This document shows, piece after piece, positions 17,783 through 26,542 of a DNA stretch of 64,000 nucleotides. Position numbers and translations under genes: made by a program. The stretch spans positions 66,260 to 130,259 of the IMG/VR virus record IMGVR_UViG_2974641675_000001; one strand, written 5' to 3'. This DNA is from a virus. The notes under the pieces are model-generated. The model did no database searches, was not told where the DNA came from, and worked only from the letters and a program-made list of their open reading frames with translations. How positions within the stretch are numbered: position 1 is the first letter of the stretch; each line of letters opens with the position of its first letter.

Positions 17783-19396
17783 ATGCAAGAACAAGTTATC
17801 AAAATCCATCGCAAGAAAGAACCCATCGACTTCAAGAAACCCGGGGAGCGTATCAAAACCATCGCCGAGGTCAAGGACATTCTGTTCGCTGAACTGAAAG
17901 TCCTGAACGTGATCCTGACCAACGCCTGCAATCTCTCGTGTAGCTACTGCTTCGAACAGCACAAACAGGACTACGGCAAGTTCACCCAAGAACAACTGAA
18001 GCAAGTGTATGACTTCCTGCTGAACGCCAACACTCAGCCGCATCGCCACTTCCAGTTCTTTGGTGGTGAGCCGTTGGCGCAGAAGAAGAAGATCCTCGAC
18101 TTCTGTCGCGACCACAAGGACGAACTCTCGGCCAACAAGGAGCAGGTGCGTGTGTCGATCGTGACCAACGCGCTGCTCCTGACACCGGAATTCATCGAGG
18201 AATACTGCAGCTACGATTTTACGTCGCTGGTCATTTCTTTGGACACGGATGATGCCGAGTCGAACCGTCGCGAACTGACGCAAGAGAACATCGACTACAT
18301 CTTCGAGATGATCAAGCTGTTGCCTGACTCGATGATGCGCGATGCTCACCACGTCTCGATTCGTTGCACCATCAACGAAGAGAGCGTACCGCACCTCGAT
18401 CGCTTCATGGAGCGTCTGTATGCGTCCGGCGTGCGCAATTTCGTGATCCATCCGCTGATCCTCGCTAAGGATCAAGGCGCCATTGAATGGCAGCCGGGTA
18501 TGTGGGAGCGGATGTACCATTCACTGCATCAAGCCATGCATCGCTGGGACGACTTCAAGATCACCTGGGCCGAAGGCGTGGGTGTGAAAGGCGAGTCCAA
18601 CTGCATGGTCGGTTCGGACATGATTGCGATGGACGCCTCGGGTGACTTCAGCGGTTGCTACTTCCTGACCAACCTGAAAGAAACCTACGGCAACACGATG
18701 CTCGGCAATCTGTTCCGCGACGAGATCTACATCGATCGTTACGTCGAGTTCCAGCAAGCCTATGCCAAGTCGCTGGAACACGAACAGTGCCAGTCGTGCC
18801 ACCTCAAGAACTTCTGCTACCAGTGCCCGGCTGGTAATGCAGCTACTGGTGGTTCGCTGTTCCGTCCGGACTCGATGTGCAAGCGCATTGTGGAACTGTT
18901 CCTCACTCTGCGTCAGGACTTCAACCGTAAGGCTTTGCTCCAACAGTTCAAGGAGCTGGAAGAAGCTGTTGTCCAGCAAGGTCCGATTGCTCAGTCTCGT
19001 GCAGTGCTGCATTGCATCTACCGCGAGTTCACTGGTGAGATTCAGGACAACGCCATCATTGACGCTTATGAAGAACTGCCGGCACCGCACACGCTGCTCT
19101 TCATGTTCAAGCAAATGCTGGAAGGCGGTTTGACTAGCATTCCGCCGCTCGACGTGTGGGTGTCTGGACTACTGCGCCGCAACCCTCGTCCGGAGGAAAG
19201 CATCGATCCGTACGAGTTCTACCTGTTCTTGTGCAAGCTACGTGGTATCCCGATCGATTTCAAATACACTCCGAATGGTTCTGTTCAAGAGCAGAACTAC
19301 TTTATCACCCTGACTCACTTGCTGATTTTCGATGAAAGTCGTTATCTCAGCAAATACGATCCGGAACACAGCCGGTCTCGTATTCTCGACCTGTAA
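17783..19396 (+). CDS. Radical SAM/SPASM-domain enzyme with a C-terminal extension
   Basis: CNLSCSYC (CxxxCxxC), FFGGEP, SPASM cysteines NCMVG..SGCYF..CQSCHLKNFCYQC..MC. Confidence 0.9.
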   Translation: MQEQVIKIHRKKEPIDFKKPGERIKTIAEVKDILFAELKVLNVILTNACNLSCSYCFEQHKQDYGKFTQEQLKQVYDFLLNANTQPHRHFQFFGGEPLAQKKKILDFCRDHKDELSANKEQVRVSIVTNALLLTPEFIEEYCSYDFTSLVISLDTDDAESNRRELTQENIDYIFEMIKLLPDSMMRDAHHVSIRCTINEESVPHLDRFMERLYASGVRNFVIHPLILAKDQGAIEWQPGMWERMYHSLHQAMHRWDDFKITWAEGVGVKGESNCMVGSDMIAMDASGDFSGCYFLTNLKETYGNTMLGNLFRDEIYIDRYVEFQQAYAKSLEHEQCQSCHLKNFCYQCPAGNAATGGSLFRPDSMCKRIVELFLTLRQDFNRKALLQQFKELEEAVVQQGPIAQSRAVLHCIYREFTGEIQDNAIIDAYEELPAPHTLLFMFKQMLEGGLTSIPPLDVWVSGLLRRNPRPEESIDPYEFYLFLCKLRGIPIDFKYTPNGSVQEQNYFITLTHLLIFDESRYLSKYDPEHSRSRILDL

Positions 19397-19409
19397 GGTA
19401 ACTTAACCC

Positions 19410-20492
19410 ATGAACTACGATAACATCCAGGACGTCTCGATCTATGTGGGTCCTGCGTGCAACTTCAACTGCACGTATTGTGATCGCGCCTACGTAAACA
19501 ACGTAGGTGTGGATTCTGCTGAATGCGATCCGGCCTTGGTCGACTTCGTAGTTGATGTGGTGCTGCACTCCGAGCGTCCGATGGTTTCCTTCCACGGTGG
19601 GGAACCATTTGTTTACATCAAGACCATGGAGAAGATCATCGAGGCCGTGCTCGAACGCGTACCAGATTTCAAGGAACGCGGCGCGATCTTCTTCATCCAG
19701 ACCAATGGCTCGCTGATTACCCGTCAGCGAGCTTTCTTCGAGAAATACAAAGAGGTGCTCTACGTGAGCATCTCTTACGACTTCAAGTACCAGGGCGATA
19801 ACCGCACTGCGTACGACATTGACTCAACCCTGCAACTCTTGAATGATCTGGGGATTGGGACGAACCTGCAATACGTGATTCCGACCTACGACAAGAACGC
19901 TTGCGATCACGCAGCGTACTCGGAAGTCATGCGGTTGTTCTCCAAGTTTAAGCTGGGGCAACTGAACCTGATCCTGTTGCGTCACATTCGGCAGGAAGAT
20001 AAATTCGAAACAGTGATCGCGGATGAGAGCATCGACCTAAAGGGATTCTTCCTCGGCTTCATGCGCTTCGTCCAGTTGCTGTACGTCTCAGGTATCAATG
20101 TCCACATCGACGGTCATGCCAACAAGATCGATAAGAACTATTACAACAACCATAAGCAAATGGTGCTCGCTCCAAATGGCCTGATCGTACCGGAGTACCA
20201 GTTCATCGAGTATGATGATTACGATTTCGCTATCGGTCGCTGGAAGCCTTACGTGGAGATCTCTCGTGATCAGATGCCGGAGAAGGCCGCCAAGAAGATT
20301 CGCAAAGAGTGCCAGACTTGTCCGATGGCGGACATCTGTGGTTTGCGTTATCACTACGCAATGTTCGATATGGACCCGCCAACTCCGCAACGGTGCAAGG
20401 AGTTCTACTCTCTGAACCTGATCGCGATCAAGCACCTGTACAAACTGAAAGAGCAACCCACCCTTCTCCACCATCTGGGAGTTCAGCAATGA
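19410..20492 (+). CDS. Radical SAM enzyme with a partial SPASM-type Cys cluster
   Basis: CNFNCTYC, FHGGEP, QTNG and C-terminal CQTCPMADIC...RC. Confidence 0.88.
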   Translation: MNYDNIQDVSIYVGPACNFNCTYCDRAYVNNVGVDSAECDPALVDFVVDVVLHSERPMVSFHGGEPFVYIKTMEKIIEAVLERVPDFKERGAIFFIQTNGSLITRQRAFFEKYKEVLYVSISYDFKYQGDNRTAYDIDSTLQLLNDLGIGTNLQYVIPTYDKNACDHAAYSEVMRLFSKFKLGQLNLILLRHIRQEDKFETVIADESIDLKGFFLGFMRFVQLLYVSGINVHIDGHANKIDKNYYNNHKQMVLAPNGLIVPEYQFIEYDDYDFAIGRWKPYVEISRDQMPEKAAKKIRKECQTCPMADICGLRYHYAMFDMDPPTPQRCKEFYSLNLIAIKHLYKLKEQPTLLHHLGVQQ

Positions 20493-21637
20493 GTCGCGCT
20501 ATCACGATCGAGAATCCGAAAGAGCACTTCATCCGTTACGACGGACTGCTCAACGTCCAGTATGACGTGACGTTTTCGATCTTCAAGAAGTACACCTGTC
20601 AAGCCGGGTGCAAGATCTGTTATATCAAGGATGACTTCCTGCCTAACGAGCAGTTCAAGAAGTATGTCCCGATAGCATCACACGTCAACACGCAGAGCTA
20701 CGGCGACCGCCTGCTAGAATTCCTGTCATACTTTCAGATGGCAGCAATCATCGACGACCTGTACTTTGTGCGGGAAGAACATCCGGAGCTGTACAAGTTC
20801 TATCAGGAGTATAGCGAGGCCTTCTGGCTGAGTTCCATGACGGACAACGCAGTGTTCCGTCACCTGCCGATTATTGAGGATGACCTTCGTGTCGTCGGTC
20901 TACGGGAGATCTCGCTCTCCGAGGAATTCTTGTATAAAGTCAACCAAACGAAGTTCTTTAACGCACTGGATAAAATTCAGAGGCGCGCTAAGATATTGAA
21001 AATAAAGGTAATACTGTCGGGTCTCCCTGGCATCGCGATTCGTGGCAACGATTTGATGCTCTGGTGTCAGAACAATCAAGTGCTCCTAGAGAAGCAATAC
21101 GAGCACGGTGTTGAGCCGAATGGCCGCAGCTTCCTGTCTCAGTTGCCGAACACGCGTTACAGCGATCGCAGCCAGGAAACGCACTTCACTGAAGAGATCA
21201 CCTACAGTGAGAATTCTGGTGAGATGCTGTACCCAATTCACTCTGAGTCGATCTTCTTGCAGTACGATGACTTCTACTCGGAGCTGAAGTCTGCCACGCG
21301 TGAAGACCGCAGTGCGCCGTTTGCCAAGCTGGATGATTTTGTCCAGAGTCCGCAAGGCTTCTTGGCTAAGGTGCTGGAAGGTAAGCTGACGGATTACCGC
21401 AAGTATGCTTCGTGGATGCAGAACAAAGATCACGACTACTTCCGTTACTTTGACTATGTGGCGAATAACGTGGTAGTCAATCATGACTTCAACTTCATCC
21501 CGCGTATCGCTCTGCGGCCAGATAGCGTGTACTATCACAAGCTGATGGAACACACGAAGCTGGTGGATACCCAATACGGGCTCGTGGATTCTGCCGCGAG
21601 CAAGGTCGTTCCAATTTACTCTTTCAGAGAACAATGA
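20489..21637 (+). CDS. Degenerate radical-SAM-like protein
   Basis: CQAGCKIC near the N-terminus but no GGEP and no SPASM cysteines; ATGA overlaps at both ends. Confidence 0.65.
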   Translation: MSRAITIENPKEHFIRYDGLLNVQYDVTFSIFKKYTCQAGCKICYIKDDFLPNEQFKKYVPIASHVNTQSYGDRLLEFLSYFQMAAIIDDLYFVREEHPELYKFYQEYSEAFWLSSMTDNAVFRHLPIIEDDLRVVGLREISLSEEFLYKVNQTKFFNALDKIQRRAKILKIKVILSGLPGIAIRGNDLMLWCQNNQVLLEKQYEHGVEPNGRSFLSQLPNTRYSDRSQETHFTEEITYSENSGEMLYPIHSESIFLQYDDFYSELKSATREDRSAPFAKLDDFVQSPQGFLAKVLEGKLTDYRKYASWMQNKDHDYFRYFDYVANNVVVNHDFNFIPRIALRPDSVYYHKLMEHTKLVDTQYGLVDSAASKVVPIYSFREQ

Positions 21638-22893
21638 GCATAAGCACATTCCGAATCGAGAAGTCGGGTGAAGTGTTTGGTTACGACAACACACTGAACT
21701 CGATCCTCGATGCAAACAACCAGCCTGTGGGTCGAGCTTCGTCTCTCCTGGCTCAGGCTCCGTCGTTCGAGAAATCGAATACTCCTACCACCATCAAGGT
21801 ACTGCTCGGGCACGCCTGTAACTACAGCTGCAGCTACTGCGTACAGAAGGACATCGGTAATCCGGCTGAACGTCCGAAGAACATCATGACCAAGGAGTTG
21901 ATCAAGAAGATGCGCGCGCATCTCGATCTCTCCAACGTCACGCGGATTGAACTGTGGGGCGGCGAGACGCTGCTCTACTGGCCGGATATCGTTGAGATCA
22001 TCTCAGCACTGGATCGGGAAGGCATTACGTGGTACATCCCGACCAACGGTACGATCCTGCGGATGAAGCACGCTGAGTTCTTCCGCCAGATGAAAGGCGA
22101 GATGACCATCGGCATCAGTCACGACGGTCCGGGTCACGTATCGCTGCGTGGTCCGGAGTTCCTGCATCGCAAGATCGATGAGTTGGGTGCGCTGCAAGAC
22201 GCCAAGGTACGGTTCAGCTTCAACGCTGTGATCAGTACCACGAACTACGATCTGTTTGCCATCGATGACTACTTCCGCTTCTTCCTGCTCAAGGCAGACC
22301 TCGATCACGTAGGGCTGGGCTTCGAGCTGGGGCGGACGTATGAGACGGGTGCTTGCGCTACCGAGTCGCACGTGATCACACTGGAGCAGATCCCGCACTA
22401 TCGGTCGATTCTGAAAGCGTATCTCAAGCACCATCTCGATGCGTTCAAGAAAGGTCAAGCGCCGGAAGACATCGATGCCGATACTCGACTGTTCAACAGC
22501 CTGTTCCATTTCAGCAATGGTGTGATTCCGTACGCGAAGTCGCTAGTTCAGCAAAGCCCCATTCGCTATTACAGCAACTGCGGCACTGATGATCCGAACC
22601 TGATCACGCTGGACATGAATGGCGCTATCCGCGTTTGTCAGAACACGGACGAGAGCTACATCTACGGCAACGTTGCTAATATCGGCGCTGCTAAGATGCA
22701 GAAGGTCGATTACAGCAAGAACGACTTCTGCAAGGACTGCTCGGTTTTGCGGCTGTGCAATCGTAGCTGCCCGATCGAACTGCCATACGAAACCTTTTTG
22801 ACCAACCACCATATCGAGAACGCTCACTACAGCGAGATACAACTCTCGGCGTTTGAGTTGTTGTTCGATAGCCCTATCACCAAAGTGAACTGA
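21634..22893 (+). CDS. Radical SAM/SPASM-domain enzyme
   Basis: CNYSCSYC, WGGET, PTNG, SHDG and SPASM NCG..VC..CKDCSVLRLCNRSC. Confidence 0.9.
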   Translation: MSISTFRIEKSGEVFGYDNTLNSILDANNQPVGRASSLLAQAPSFEKSNTPTTIKVLLGHACNYSCSYCVQKDIGNPAERPKNIMTKELIKKMRAHLDLSNVTRIELWGGETLLYWPDIVEIISALDREGITWYIPTNGTILRMKHAEFFRQMKGEMTIGISHDGPGHVSLRGPEFLHRKIDELGALQDAKVRFSFNAVISTTNYDLFAIDDYFRFFLLKADLDHVGLGFELGRTYETGACATESHVITLEQIPHYRSILKAYLKHHLDAFKKGQAPEDIDADTRLFNSLFHFSNGVIPYAKSLVQQSPIRYYSNCGTDDPNLITLDMNGAIRVCQNTDESYIYGNVANIGAAKMQKVDYSKNDFCKDCSVLRLCNRSCPIELPYETFLTNHHIENAHYSEIQLSAFELLFDSPITKVN

Positions 22894-22901
22894 GAAAACT
22901 C

Positions 22902-23738
22902 ATGTCCGACATTCTTGACCGTTTTGTCCTGCCCGAAACTGCAGCCCAAGTTACCGAGCTGCGCGCCCAGCTGGACGCGATGAAGAACCATCGTGTCTTC
23001 GGTATGGTGAAAACCATCGACGACCTGCAAACCTTCATGTCGCTCCACGTCTACGCCGTGTGGGACTTCATGACGCTGGCCAAGCGCCTGCAGTGCGAGT
23101 ACACCGGCATCAAGTTCCCGTGGGTGCCGCCGCGCCTCCCCAAGGTCGCCCGTCTGATCAACGAGATCATCCTGGCCGAAGAGTCCGACGACAACGGTGA
23201 GGGCGGTACTTGCAGCCACTTCGAACTGTACGCCATGGCCATGCAAGAAATCGGTGACATCGACATGGAGTCGCTCGAAGCATTCGTAACGAACCTTCGT
23301 TACGGTATCCCGCCGGTGGAATCTGCTAACCGTGCACTGATCAAGGCCGATCCGGAGTTCCGTGCGACTGTCACCAACTACATCGGCGATACTACTGCCG
23401 TGGCTCGCACTGGCCTGCCGGAAGAAGTGCTGGCCTACTTCGTCTTTGGTCGTGAAGATTCGATCCCGGCGATGTTCAGCAACCTGCTTGAGCAGATGGG
23501 TGATCTGGCTGCCAAAGCGACGACCTTCACGTACTACTTGAAGCGCCATATCCAACTCGACGGTGAAGACCACAGTGTCAAAGCTGCTGAGATGCTGTCG
23601 CTCGAACTGGAAGGCAATCCGATTCGCACGCGCACCGCACTGATCGCTGGTATCAATGCCGCCAAGTCCCGCATTGCTTTGTGGGATGCGATTGCTGCGA
23701 AGCTGGAAGCAACTCAAGCAGCGACGGCAACTGCCTAA
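22902..23738 (+). CDS. DUF3050 / heme-oxygenase-like di-iron enzyme
   Basis: Motifs HVYAVWDFM, WVPP, RLINEIILAEESD, SHFELY, GREDSIPAMF and YYLKRHIQLDGEDH recognised as the DUF3050 pattern. Confidence 0.8.
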   Translation: MSDILDRFVLPETAAQVTELRAQLDAMKNHRVFGMVKTIDDLQTFMSLHVYAVWDFMTLAKRLQCEYTGIKFPWVPPRLPKVARLINEIILAEESDDNGEGGTCSHFELYAMAMQEIGDIDMESLEAFVTNLRYGIPPVESANRALIKADPEFRATVTNYIGDTTAVARTGLPEEVLAYFVFGREDSIPAMFSNLLEQMGDLAAKATTFTYYLKRHIQLDGEDHSVKAAEMLSLELEGNPIRTRTALIAGINAAKSRIALWDAIAAKLEATQAATATA

Positions 23739-23749
23739 TCGACTCACGA

Positions 23750-23796
23750 CGGCATAAAGGAGAGTAGAGGCCAGACGGCCTCTACTCTTTATGTCG
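23750..23796. terminator. Bidirectional GCATAA/TTATG-flanked hairpin closing the rSAM operon
   Basis: CGGCATAAAG-G-AGAGTAGAGGCC-AGAC-GGCCTCTACTCT-TTATGTCG between convergent genes. Confidence 0.7.
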
Positions 23797-24436
23797 CTAT
23801 TTTGTCATACTCCGCTAGGTCGATACGGAAGCCATCTTCCAATGCGCCATAAGCAACGCGCATGAACAATTGGAAAGTGATGTGATCGAGCACTTCCACT
23901 TTGAACAACGGCTCGACTATCTTCTTGATGCGTTCCGGTAAGCGATAATCCATAACGTCTTCGAAAGCTGAGTTCAGAATGCGCCGGCGCACCGGATCAG
24001 CAAACTTCCGATAGCCATCAATCACCTTACAATAGCGGATGAAGGGCTGTACTACAGAAGGAGCCACCCGTCGGAAGAGATGTGTATTGTAGATCTCTTC
24101 AAAGTAGGAAAGTTCATTCTCCGTAAATAGCTGCCGGGGGAAGGTGATACGGCGCCAATACAGTAGGCACTTGTTGTGTCCCATGACATGGAAGTAGTGC
24201 GGCAGAATATCGTACGGGTCCCGGATGATCTGCTCAAAAGCTTCTTGCGGGATAATCGTGCAGAGTTCTGGAACGTCGTAGCTCTCCAACTCTGCTTCCG
24301 GTACAGCGATCAGCTTGTATCCATCCAAGCCAGAGAGAAAGAAGTCATGGTCATCAATCAAGACTGCTTCCACGAGTTCAGGGAGCTGCTTGAGATACTC
24401 CACAGCGATGGCGTTCAATTCTTCGATAGTTTTCAT
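23789..24436 (-). CDS. Hypothetical protein
   Basis: ORF from MKTIEE; no motif. Confidence 0.6.
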   Translation of the reverse strand: MKTIEELNAIAVEYLKQLPELVEAVLIDDHDFFLSGLDGYKLIAVPEAELESYDVPELCTIIPQEAFEQIIRDPYDILPHYFHVMGHNKCLLYWRRITFPRQLFTENELSYFEEIYNTHLFRRVAPSVVQPFIRYCKVIDGYRKFADPVRRRILNSAFEDVMDYRLPERIKKIVEPLFKVEVLDHITFQLFMRVAYGALEDGFRIDLAEYDKIAT

Positions 24437-24600
24437 CTCAGTTCCCAATAATTCGACACAACAATCCATACAGTGGTGAAAAATAACCGTATAACCCCCA
24501 TAGGAGCCCTTTAGAGGCCCTACAGCAGCATAACACGAGTAAAGACAGGACTTTGCCTGTCTTTACTCGCTTATGTCGTCTAAGAGCGTTTATGGCCGTT

Positions 24601-25215
24601 CTAGAACTTGTTGCAGAAAACAGTCGCGTACAGCTCATCGAGCTTGGCGCGCTGTTCCGGCGTGTAGACATCGTTGCCACCGAAGATGGTGTCGGCCAGA
24701 GTGATCGGCAGGGGAGGCCACTCGGTGATCGTTTCCGGTACTTCCAGATCGATCTTGACCCAGTCCTTCGGATTGCCTTGGGCATCGATGAAGACATCCA
24801 CTTCCCACTTCAGGTCAGTGCCTTCGATCGGGAAGGTGTAACGGATCTTATCCATCGACTCGCCAGTGATCAGGCGGAAGACTTCGTGCAGATCCTTGGA
24901 GACGGGCACGGATACTTCATCGCACTCCCCGCGACCAGTGTAGGCCTTGCCAGTCAGGGTGTAACGTACCTGGCCCATGCCGTTAGTTTCACGGACACGG
25001 ATCGTACCGCCCTTGCCTTTGAGCGAGGATTGCTTCTGGGTTTCTTGGGAGACCGCTTTCTGCAGCTCTTCCGGATTGGTCAGACGACCGTACCAGACGT
25101 ACTCTTTTTCTTTGGCTTTCTCGCCGTTTTCGAGATCTTCCAGCGCAACGTTCAGCAGACCGAAAGACAGAGATGCCAGTCCGAGCGGGGACTGAGTCAG
25201 GATGTTGGTTTTCAT
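24601..25215 (-). CDS. CYTH/triphosphate tunnel metalloenzyme-like protein
   Basis: EKEY, IRVRE, KAY, MDKIRY, WEVDVF and WVKIDLEV match CYTH strand motifs; N-terminal VALEDLE. Confidence 0.7.
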   Translation of the reverse strand: MKTNILTQSPLGLASLSFGLLNVALEDLENGEKAKEKEYVWYGRLTNPEELQKAVSQETQKQSSLKGKGGTIRVRETNGMGQVRYTLTGKAYTGRGECDEVSVPVSKDLHEVFRLITGESMDKIRYTFPIEGTDLKWEVDVFIDAQGNPKDWVKIDLEVPETITEWPPLPITLADTIFGGNDVYTPEQRAKLDELYATVFCNKF

Positions 25216-25317
25216 AGTGAGGAATAGGTGCATGGAGTAAGACATAAAAATAGGCACCGGCATAAAAAGCCTACTAAGGCACCCGAAAGCACCCTAGTAG
25301 GCGTTCACGTCTACCCA

Positions 25318-25599
25318 TTACGAACTCAGCACAAACCGCATGAAGTCGAAGGTGGCTTTGAGCATTTCACCGACGAAGGTGGTGTTCAAATCCTTTTCCT
25401 TGACAACGGCAGCGTAAATCAGTGCCATGACGCTCGATCCGAAGACGAAGATGAAGGTCAAGGTAAATGCCTTAACCAGCCAAGTCTTCAGACTACGAGC
25501 TTCACGGCGTTCTTCGAGTGCTTCTTCAACAGCGGCTTCCGCAGCCGTAGTGGCGTGGGTTACCGGCAGGACGTCGGGCTTGTTTTCTTCAGCAGACAT
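25318..25599 (-). CDS. Small membrane protein (holin candidate)
   Basis: Hydrophobic segment WLVKAFTLTFIFVFGSSVMALIYAAVV; directly downstream of the spanin-like pair. Confidence 0.55.
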   Translation of the reverse strand: MSAEENKPDVLPVTHATTAAEAAVEEALEERREARSLKTWLVKAFTLTFIFVFGSSVMALIYAAVVKEKDLNTTFVGEMLKATFDFMRFVLSS

Positions 25600-25649
25600 A
25601 CGCTTTCCCTCTCAGAAATCCTACACAAAATAGAGCGTAGGGCTAAGAG

Positions 25650-25988
25650 TTAGTTCGTGGGGGCTGTTGCTGCCGGCGCCGAGGCAGCCGGATCGTAGAT
25701 CTTGGCTTGCTTGCCGGACCAATCACGAATCCCGAGCAGGCGGGTATTGGCCACGCCCAGTTCGGAAGTCCGTGCCTGGATCACGTCCATCAGAGCAGTT
25801 TCCTTCTGATCGCAGGTGTATTTGCTGTACGTGTCAGGATCAGGCGGTGCAGACAGACTTACGCGTTCAGTCAGTTCCATCGGAACAGGAATGAACTTGT
25901 AGAGGATCACCGGTTGTTGGTCTTGCGGGGTGGTAGCGCAGCCCGCCAGACCGAGGGCCAGCGCGAGCGCGATGATTATTGTTTTCAT
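25650..25988 (-). CDS. Outer-membrane lipoprotein, o-spanin (Rz1-like) candidate
   Basis: Lipobox LAGC; Pro-rich segment. Confidence 0.65.
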   Translation of the reverse strand: MKTIIIALALALGLAGCATTPQDQQPVILYKFIPVPMELTERVSLSAPPDPDTYSKYTCDQKETALMDVIQARTSELGVANTRLLGIRDWSGKQAKIYDPAASAPAATAPTN

Positions 25989-26003
25989 GATGGTCCACCT
26001 TCG

Positions 26004-26468
26004 TTATTTGGCGCAAGCCGTGACCTGCGGCTCCTGCAGGCAGTAGGTCAACCACAAACCTTTCGCACGTTCGAGAGAAATCTCGGTTGCCTTGCGTTGG
26101 TCATTGGCCGTAGTGTGTGGCAACGCATCGTACTTTTTGTTGATGGCGCCGAGTTTGCCTTCGACATACTGCTGCGCCTTGGTCTTGGCTTCGACAGGTT
26201 TGGCTTCAGCAGCCTTGGTAACGGTCTTCACCGACTCGGTAACGCCGTCGCTCTTGACCTTGTCGACAGCGTCTTTCTTCAGCTGCTTGATCTGGCCGTC
26301 TTTGTCCTTGATCTGGTCATCCTTTTGTTGGATGGTGGCGATCTGTTCATCGATGCGCTTGTTCTTGGCGTCGATGATCTTGAAGTTGGCGTAGACCGCA
26401 CCTACGCAGGCAAGCGCGAGCAAACCGCGAAGCAGCCAGCGAGTGGCGAATTCGGAGAGTCCGAACAT
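26004..26468 (-). CDS. Inner-membrane i-spanin (Rz-like) candidate
   Basis: N-terminal TM (WLLRGLLALACVGAVY) followed by a coiled coil and a C-terminal Cys pair; precedes a lipoprotein. Confidence 0.65.
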   Translation of the reverse strand: MFGLSEFATRWLLRGLLALACVGAVYANFKIIDAKNKRIDEQIATIQQKDDQIKDKDGQIKQLKKDAVDKVKSDGVTESVKTVTKAAEAKPVEAKTKAQQYVEGKLGAINKKYDALPHTTANDQRKATEISLERAKGLWLTYCLQEPQVTACAK

Positions 26469-26542
26469 GATGGAATTCCTTGCAAAAAAAAAATAAAGAA
26501 GGGATGGGATGGAGCCCAGTCTAGCTGGGCCCCATAGATTAC

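Noticed and set aside
17783-22893. rSAMs as QueE, NrdG/PflA or MoaA housekeeping enzymes
   Set aside because: SPASM-type Cys clusters, four copies and an adjacent Cys-rich peptide; no queC/queD/folE, nrdD or moa partners in the window. Not formally excluded without an HMM search
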